Shown piece after piece: positions 38,135-44,435 of a DNA stretch of 44,435 nucleotides. How positions within the stretch are numbered: the first letter of the stretch is position 1; the number at the start of each line of letters is the position of its first letter. Position numbers and translations under genes: made by a program. Where the stretch lies: assembly GCA_036149055.1 (NCBI GenBank), contig JAYZQJ010000192.1:1-44435 (forward strand), in the 5' to 3' direction. The notes below the pieces were generated by a model, which was given only the letters and a program-made list of their open reading frames with translations, did no database searches and had not been told where the DNA came from. The DNA comes from Myxococcota bacterium (GTDB taxonomy: Bacteria > Myxococcota_A > Polyangia > Polyangiales > Sandaracinaceae).

Positions 38135-39553
38135 TCAGCGGTTCTCGGCCTGCGCGCGCTGGATGCGGCGCTGGCGGGCGAGCGGATCGTGGGGGCGCTG
38201 GAGACGGTCGCGGAGCGCACGGACCGCGTTCTGATCGAGCTGGATGCCCGGGCGCGGGATCTCGGCCGCCGACGGCGCCTGGGCCTGCTGCTCGGGGGCG
38301 GCCTCGGCCGGGGCGACGAAGCTGACGCGGCCGAAGCGGTCGGGGACGTGGAAGTCGCGGGCGTAGGTCGCCGACCAGCCGGCGCTGCGCTGGCCGCCGT
38401 CTCCGGGGCGGGTGTCCATCACGTAGAGGGCCACGCGCCAGTTGCTGTTGGGGGCGGGGCGGGTCGCCGGCGGCTCGCCGACCGCGAAGGACTCCCACGG
38501 GATGGCGATCTCGGCGGTGTAGCCCTCGTCGGCGCCGTCGTCGTTGGCGGTGCCCTGGACCTGCACCCGGGCGCGCACGTCGGCGTTCCAGTCCATGTGC
38601 CCGAAGGGCTGCGGCTGGCGGCGGCTGTCGTAGCGGGTGTCGAAGACCTCGCCGGTGGGCGAGACCTGGAGCTCGAAGTAGTTCCGGCCGTCCCCGTCGG
38701 GGTCGACCATGATCTCGACCGCGTCCTGCTCCCAGAGGTGCGCGTCGCGACCCTCGAGCGTGTTCTGGACGAAGTCGTCCCGCACGTCGAAGGCGACGTA
38801 GAGGTTGTCGTCGTCCCAGCCGAGGCGGGCGGTCGCGCGGAGCTCGGCGTTGGAGCCGTCCACCGTGTTGACGAACGCGTTGGTCGGGCGGACCTGCTGC
38901 CATTCGCCGAGCTCGCCGTCGATGGTGACGCCCTCGAGGCGCTCCGCCCGGGCGCCCGGGAGGGGGCGGCGCGGGGCGTCGCCAGCCGCCGGCGCCACCG
39001 GGTTCGCCTGGGCGGCCGGGCCGCCGGTCACGGGGAGGGCGAGCGCGCGGGCGCGATTCTCGCCGTCGTTCGGGCCGGTGCGCACGCCGAGGCGGTTCGG
39101 GCCGTTCCAGAGGCCGAGGTAGAAGATCGCCCGGCTCGAGGCCCAGTCCTCCGGCAGGGTCACCGGCTGGACGTCGCGGATGTACTTGCCCGCCTCCCAG
39201 CGGTTCGGCTGGTAGAGCTCGCGCACGACGCCGACGCCGTCCTGGTTGAGCACGTTCTCACCCTCGGCGTTGGCCACGTGGGTGAAGAGGTTCCAGCCCT
39301 CACCGAGGTCCTGGCCGACGTGCCAGTACCAGGTGACCTCGGCCGGACGGCCGGGCGTGAGGCTCTCGGGCGCGTCGTAGCCGATCAGCCGCACGCCGCG
39401 GTCGAAGACCACGTTCAGGCGGTGATCCGGCGTCGGGCGCTCGGTGGTCACGTGCTCGGAGAGCCGCTCGCGGTCGGCGGGCGACAGCTCCGGCGCCCGC
39501 TCGACGCAGCCGGCGAGCGCAAGGGTGGACATCAAGACAATCGCAATCCGCAT
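38135..39553 (-). CDS. Lipoprotein with carbohydrate-binding family 9-like (DOMON-like) domain
   Basis: Lipobox LAGC; IDGELGEW, WDDDNLYVAF, LWEQDAVEI, YTAEIAIPW. Confidence 0.85.
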   Translation of the reverse strand: MRIAIVLMSTLALAGCVERAPELSPADRERLSEHVTTERPTPDHRLNVVFDRGVRLIGYDAPESLTPGRPAEVTWYWHVGQDLGEGWNLFTHVANAEGENVLNQDGVGVVRELYQPNRWEAGKYIRDVQPVTLPEDWASSRAIFYLGLWNGPNRLGVRTGPNDGENRARALALPVTGGPAAQANPVAPAAGDAPRRPLPGARAERLEGVTIDGELGEWQQVRPTNAFVNTVDGSNAELRATARLGWDDDNLYVAFDVRDDFVQNTLEGRDAHLWEQDAVEIMVDPDGDGRNYFELQVSPTGEVFDTRYDSRRQPQPFGHMDWNADVRARVQVQGTANDDGADEGYTAEIAIPWESFAVGEPPATRPAPNSNWRVALYVMDTRPGDGGQRSAGWSATYARDFHVPDRFGRVSFVAPAEAAPEQQAQAPSAAEIPRPGIQLDQNAVRALRDRLQRPHDPLARQRRIQRAQAENR

Positions 39554-39566
39554 CGTTCTCTCCAGC

Positions 39567-41147
39567 CTATTTACGGCCCTTCTTCCGCGCCCGGCGCTGC
39601 TGCTTGCGCTTGCGCTTGCGCTTGGCCTTGCTCGCAGGTTTGCGGCCCGAGCTCGAGGGCCCCATGCCCGCCTGCCCCTCGCCCGCCACCGCCGCCTCGA
39701 GCAGCTGGTCGGCGAGCCCGGCCATCATCGGGTTGCCCTCGAGGCCCCCCGTCTTGACCATCTCGTTCATCCGGCGGGCCATCGCCATCTGCTTCATGCC
39801 CGGGATCTTCTGCAGCATCCCGGCCTGCTGGCCGATGTCGCCCATCATCTTGCGCATGAAGGAGAAGCGGTTGAGGAGGTCGACGACCTCCTTCTCCTCG
39901 CGTCCGGAGCCCTTGGCGACGCGCTGGATGCGGCCCTTCTGCTTGCCGAACAGGTCGGGGTCGAGGCGCTCCCGCTTGGTCATCGAGCTGACGATGGCCT
40001 CGGCCCGCTTGAGCTCGCCCTCGTCGACCTCGAAGCCCTCGGGCACGCTGTCGGCGAAGAAGGGCAGCTTCTCGAAGAGGTCCTGCAGCGGGCCCATCTG
40101 CTGCAGCGTCCGGATCTGCTCGAGGAAGTCGTGGAGCGTGAAGCGCCCCTGGAGCATCCGCTTGGCGTCTTCCTCCGCCTTCTGCTCGTCGACGACCTCC
40201 TCGAAGTCCTTCATCAGGCCGACGATGTCGCCCATCCCGAGGATGCGGCTCGCCATGCCCTCCGGGCGGAACTCCTCGAGCTTGTCGAGCGTCTCGCCCA
40301 TGCCGACGAAGCGGACGGGGGCGCCGGTGACCTCCTTGACGCTCAGCGCCGCGCCGCCGCGGGCGTCGCCGTCGAGCTTGGTCAGCACGACGCCGCTGAG
40401 ATCGAGCCGGTCGTTGAAGGACTTGGCGGTCTTGACCGCGTCCTGACCGATCATCGCGTCGATGACGAGGAAGATGTTGTCCGCCTTGGTCTCGCCCTTG
40501 ATCTGGGCGAGCTCGGCCATCAGCGGCTCGTCCACCGCGAGCCGGCCGGCGGTGTCGTAGATGATCGTGTCGCGCTTGAGCTTGCGCGCCTCGCCCATCG
40601 CCTTGGCGCAGATGTCGACCGGGCGGCCGCCCGGGATGGCGAAGACCGGCACGTCGATCTGCTCGCCGAGCACCTGGAGCTGCTCGATGGCGCCCGGGCG
40701 CTGCACGTCGGCGGCGACCAGCAGCGGCTTGCGGTCCTGCCGCTTGAGCAGGTTGGCGAGCTTCGCGCTGGAGGTCGTCTTACCCGAGCCCTGCAGACCG
40801 ACCATCATGATGCCGGTGATGGCGGGGCTCTTCTTGAAGACGAGGGGCTCGCCCTCCGCCTCCATCATCGCCTTCAGCTCGTCCTGGCAGATTTTGACGA
40901 AGGCCTCGGCGGGGCCGATCTTGACCTTCTTGCCGCCGATGGAGGCCTTGGTCTGGATCTCCTTGCCGAGCGCCTGCTCCTTGACGGTGGCCAGGAAACG
41001 CTTGACCACGCCGAGCTCGACGTCGGCCTCGAGGAGCGACAGGCGCACGTCGCGGAGCGCCTGGTCGATGTTGTCCTCGCTCAGCTCCGCGACGCCGGCG
41101 AGCCGGTTGCGCGCAGCGCGGAAGCCCTTGGTGAGGGTCTCGAACAT
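39567..41147 (-). CDS. ffh: Signal recognition particle protein Ffh
   Basis: LLEADV, GLQGSGKTT, DTAGR, TKLDGDARGGAALS, RILGMGD, M domain SMTKRER. Confidence 0.98.
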   Translation of the reverse strand: MFETLTKGFRAARNRLAGVAELSEDNIDQALRDVRLSLLEADVELGVVKRFLATVKEQALGKEIQTKASIGGKKVKIGPAEAFVKICQDELKAMMEAEGEPLVFKKSPAITGIMMVGLQGSGKTTSSAKLANLLKRQDRKPLLVAADVQRPGAIEQLQVLGEQIDVPVFAIPGGRPVDICAKAMGEARKLKRDTIIYDTAGRLAVDEPLMAELAQIKGETKADNIFLVIDAMIGQDAVKTAKSFNDRLDLSGVVLTKLDGDARGGAALSVKEVTGAPVRFVGMGETLDKLEEFRPEGMASRILGMGDIVGLMKDFEEVVDEQKAEEDAKRMLQGRFTLHDFLEQIRTLQQMGPLQDLFEKLPFFADSVPEGFEVDEGELKRAEAIVSSMTKRERLDPDLFGKQKGRIQRVAKGSGREEKEVVDLLNRFSFMRKMMGDIGQQAGMLQKIPGMKQMAMARRMNEMVKTGGLEGNPMMAGLADQLLEAAVAGEGQAGMGPSSSGRKPASKAKRKRKRKQQRRARKKGRK

Positions 41148-41358
41148 GGGGTGAGGCAGCCTTCCGAAGAGGGGCCCCCGCCCGGCGCGCGCCGAGCGAA
41201 GGCGCCCGAATTCCCGCTCGCGCGCACCCGGCCTTCGGGGCAGCGTCGAGCACCGCGCCTTAGCATGCGGGGGCGACGCCGTGCAACGCGGGCGAGGCGG
41301 CAGAAGGGCCCTGATTCCGGGTGTGAGCGCGCGGCGCCGGCCCTATGCTCGGGCCCCC

Positions 41359-44043
41359 ATGGCCACCTCGCTCCCCGCGCCCGGCGATCCCGACGTCCTC
41401 TGGGTCGTCGACCTCACCGGCTACGTCTTCCGCGCCTACCACGCGCTGCCCCCCATGAGCACGTCGACCGGGGAGCCCACCCACGCGGTCTACGGGGTCA
41501 CCCAGATGCTGCTCGCCCTGGTCAACGAGCAGCAGCCGGCCCGGCTGGCGGTCGCCCTCGACTCGGCGGGGCCCTCGTTCCGGAAGGAGATCTACCCGGA
41601 CTACAAGGCCACCCGGCCCCCGGCGCCCGAGGACCTGCGCGAGCAGATCGACCGGCTCGAGGACGTGATCGAGGCCTACGCGATTCCCTGTCTCATCAAC
41701 GACACGTACGAGGCCGACGATCTGATCGCGACCATGGTGCGGCGGGCCCGAGAGGCGGGGCTCCGGGTGGTGGTGGTCAGCGCCGACAAGGACCTGCTCC
41801 AGCTCGTGCAGGACGGCGTGGTCATGTTCGATACCATGCGGGACAAGGTCTTCGGGCGGGAGGAGACCGAGGAGAAGATGGGCGTGCCGCCCGAGAAGCT
41901 CCGCGACTACCTCGCGCTCGTCGGGGACAGCTCCGACAACGTGCCGGGGGTGAAGTCGGTCGGGCCCAAGACCGCGTCGAAGCTGCTCGCCGACTACGCG
42001 GACCTCGACGACATCTACGCCCACCTCGAGGACATCACGAAGAAGGCGCTCAAGCGGAACCTGACCGAGCGCAAGGACGAGGCCTACCTCTCGCGCGAGC
42101 TGGTCACGCTCGCCGACGACGTGCCGATCGCCTTCGATCTCGAGCAGCTGCGCTACGGCGGCGCCGACGAGGACCGGCTGCGGCAGCTCTTCACCAAGCT
42201 GGAGTTCCACAAGCTCCTGAGCCGCATCGCGCCCCGCCCGAAGAAGCCGGCGACCTTCGAGACGCTGGCGCCGGGCGGCCTCGAGGACGCGGCGGCGAAG
42301 ATCCGCGCCGCCGGAAAGCTGGCGATGTTCACCCTCGCCGAGGGCGACGACGCCCTGAACGCGCCGATCGTCGGGGTGGGGCTCAGCTGGGAGAAGGGCC
42401 AGGCGGTGTACGCCCCGATCGGGCACCTGCGCCTCGGCGCCGACCCGCAGCTCCCGATGGACGCGGTGATCGCCGCCCTGAAGCCGCTCCTCGAGGACCC
42501 GGCGCTCCCCAAGAGCCTGGGCGACAGCAAGCGCGAGCGGCTGCTCTGGCAGCGCCACGGCGTCGACCTCGCCGGCGTCGTGTTCGACGTGATGCTCGCC
42601 AGCTACGTGGTGGACCCCGAGCGCCACACCCACGCGCTCGAGGACGTCGCCCGGACGGAGCTCGACGCGACCTTCACCACCTACGAGGAGCTCACGGACA
42701 AGCGGCGCGGCTTCCAGCGGGCGCTGAGCGACGTCGACGTCGAGCCGGCCCGGGACTACGCCGGGCAGCGCGCCGACCTGGTGCGGAGCGTCGAGCGCAT
42801 CCTCGCGCCTCGCCTCGAGGGGCAGGAGCTCCGGCCGCTGCTCGACGACGTGGAGCTGCCGCTCGCCCGGGTGCTCGCGCGCATGGAGCGGGTCGGGGTG
42901 CGGGTGGACGCGGCCTACCTGAAGCGGCTCTCGGACGAGGCCAGCGCGCGGATCGCGGCGCTCGAGGCCGAGGCCGAGACCCACGCGGGGAGGGCGTTCA
43001 AGATCACCTCGCCGCGCGAGCTGGAGACGATCTTGTTCGACGAGATCGGGCTCGAGCCGATCAAGCGCACCAAGACCGCGCGAAGCACCGACCACGAGGT
43101 GCTCGAGACCCTGTCGGCGCAGCACCCGCTGCCGAAGGTCATCCTCGAGCACCGCCTGCTGACGAAGCTGCAGGGGACCTACCTCGACGCGCTGCCGCGG
43201 CAGATCCACCCGGAGACCGGCCGGGTCCACACCCGCTTCAACCAGGCGGTGGCGGCCACCGGGCGCATGAGCTCGAGCGACCCGAACCTGCAGAACATCC
43301 CGATCCGCACCGAGGAGGGCCGCAAGATCCGCGACGCCTTCGTCGCGCGCGAGGGCTGGCAGCTGCTGAGCGCGGACTACTCGCAGATCGAGCTCCGGGT
43401 GCTGGCCCACCTCAGCGAGGACGCGGAGCTGATCGCGGCCTTCACCGACGACGTCGACGTGCACGTGCGGACCGCGAGCGCGATCTTCGGCGTGTCCGAG
43501 GCCGAGATCGAGCGCGCCCAGCGCGAGGCGGCCAAGACGGTGAACTACGCGGTCATCTACGGGCAGTCCGCCTGGGCGCTCGCGCGGAACCTCGGCATCG
43601 AGCAGGAGGAAGCCAAGCGCTACATCGAGGCCTTCTACGCGCGCTACGAGGGCGTCGCGACCTTCATGGACGACGTGGTCGAGAAGGCGAAGCGCACCGG
43701 CGGCGTGCGCACCCTGCTCGGGCGCTGGCGCACCCTCGCGGACATCCGCTCCCGCAACTTCCGCCTCCGCTCCGCCGCCGAGCGCATGGCCCGCAACACG
43801 CCCATCCAGGGCACCGCCGCCGACCTCATCAAGGTGGCGATGGTCGAGATCGACCGCGCGATCGCGCCGATGGAGAGCCGCATGCTCCTCACGGTGCACG
43901 ACGAGCTCGTGTTCGAGGTCGCGCCGGGGGAGGAGGACGCGCTGATGCAGCTGGTGAAGGATCGCATGGAGCACGTGCTCGAGCTCCGCGTGCCGCTCGT
44001 CGCCACCGCCGGGCTCGGGCGGACTTGGAACGAGGCGCATTGA
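41359..44043 (+). CDS. polA: DNA polymerase I
   Basis: 5'-3' exonuclease motifs (FRAYHA, YEADD, GDSSDNVPGV); polymerase motifs DYSQIELR, KTVNYAVIYG, RNTPIQGTAAD, VHDEL. Confidence 0.98.
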   Translation: MATSLPAPGDPDVLWVVDLTGYVFRAYHALPPMSTSTGEPTHAVYGVTQMLLALVNEQQPARLAVALDSAGPSFRKEIYPDYKATRPPAPEDLREQIDRLEDVIEAYAIPCLINDTYEADDLIATMVRRAREAGLRVVVVSADKDLLQLVQDGVVMFDTMRDKVFGREETEEKMGVPPEKLRDYLALVGDSSDNVPGVKSVGPKTASKLLADYADLDDIYAHLEDITKKALKRNLTERKDEAYLSRELVTLADDVPIAFDLEQLRYGGADEDRLRQLFTKLEFHKLLSRIAPRPKKPATFETLAPGGLEDAAAKIRAAGKLAMFTLAEGDDALNAPIVGVGLSWEKGQAVYAPIGHLRLGADPQLPMDAVIAALKPLLEDPALPKSLGDSKRERLLWQRHGVDLAGVVFDVMLASYVVDPERHTHALEDVARTELDATFTTYEELTDKRRGFQRALSDVDVEPARDYAGQRADLVRSVERILAPRLEGQELRPLLDDVELPLARVLARMERVGVRVDAAYLKRLSDEASARIAALEAEAETHAGRAFKITSPRELETILFDEIGLEPIKRTKTARSTDHEVLETLSAQHPLPKVILEHRLLTKLQGTYLDALPRQIHPETGRVHTRFNQAVAATGRMSSSDPNLQNIPIRTEEGRKIRDAFVAREGWQLLSADYSQIELRVLAHLSEDAELIAAFTDDVDVHVRTASAIFGVSEAEIERAQREAAKTVNYAVIYGQSAWALARNLGIEQEEAKRYIEAFYARYEGVATFMDDVVEKAKRTGGVRTLLGRWRTLADIRSRNFRLRSAAERMARNTPIQGTAADLIKVAMVEIDRAIAPMESRMLLTVHDELVFEVAPGEEDALMQLVKDRMEHVLELRVPLVATAGLGRTWNEAH

Positions 44044-44049
44044 GCTTTC

Positions 44050-44072
44050 GGGAGGGGCTTTCAGCCCCTCCC
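44050..44072 (+). terminator. 10-bp GC stem-loop just after the polA stop
   Basis: GGGAGGGGCT-TTC-AGCCCCTCCC; no U-tract. Confidence 0.5.
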
Positions 44073-44210
44073 CCGCTGCGCCGTCAGACCTGTCTCCGCT
44101 CCGGGTGCTGCCGCACCCTCCGCAGAGACAGGTCAGCCGGCTCCGCGGGGCCCCCCCACCCACGCCGGGCGCCGCCGGCGCGCGTGTCCCGCGCTCCGCG
44201 CGTGAGCCAC

Positions 44211-44374
44211 GCGGCTCGCGCTCGCGCTTCGCGCGAGCTGGCCGCCCGCTGCCGCGGGATCGAACCTTGGGATGGCACGTGCGGCGACCTCGCTGCGCTC
44301 GTCGCCTGCCGTCGTCTCGGGTCAGTGTCGTGGAGGCGGGCGGGGGTGCCCCGGCGCCATTGTTTGCCACCTCT
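44211..44374. repeat. Dispersed 164-bp intergenic repeat, copy 2
   Basis: Matches 28572-28735. Confidence 0.9.
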
Positions 44375-44435
44375 CGACTTTTCGGGCAGGGGCGGGTCCG
44401 CCCCCGCCCCCCCGCTGCGCCGGCGCAACGGCGCG

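Noticed and set aside
41148..41358. Possible SRP RNA (ffs) next to ffh
   Set aside because: I could not find the conserved domain IV motif (CAGG...GGAA...AGCAG) on either strand; more likely a divergent promoter region.
41260..44370. 1036-aa minus-strand ORF and many other long Arg/Ala/Gly-rich ORFs (e.g. 1195-3048, 21669-24014, 32187-34175)
   Set aside because: They are antisense or off-frame shadows of clear genes, expected at this GC content, and carry no motifs.

Overview
Very GC-rich bacterial DNA. A MYXO-CTERM-type surface protein and several Cys-rich lipoproteins suggest a myxobacterium (inference). The centrepiece is a compact, translationally coupled 11-gene operon (12512-21652) made only of discrete enzymes: malonyl transferase, FabZ-like dehydratase, ketosynthase, ketoreductase, HMG-CoA-synthase-like enzyme, two enoyl-CoA hydratases, two FabL-like reductases, one ACP and a PLP-dependent alpha-oxoamine synthase. 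This amounts to a beta-branching cassette inside a type II FAS/PKS, with no modular PKS in the window. It is flanked by a divergent DUF2071/acetoacetate-decarboxylase-like gene and a convergent AAA-ATPase/HTH regulator. The left edge has the N-terminus of a probable RAYT/Y1-type transposase that is missing from the ORF track, next to a cluster of short inverted repeats. The rest is accessory and housekeeping genes: methyltransferase plus racemase, a frameshifted large gene, MFS, ADP-ribosylglycohydrolase, GFA, nitrilase, DUF429, CPBP protease, HD-GYP regulator, acyl-CoA dehydrogenase, 7TM-HD hydrolase, GT-C-like protein, YqgE/AlgH, CBM9-like lipoprotein, ffh and polA. Several structured non-coding repeats are present, including a 164-bp element found twice. 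All calls come from reading motifs by eye; no searches were run.
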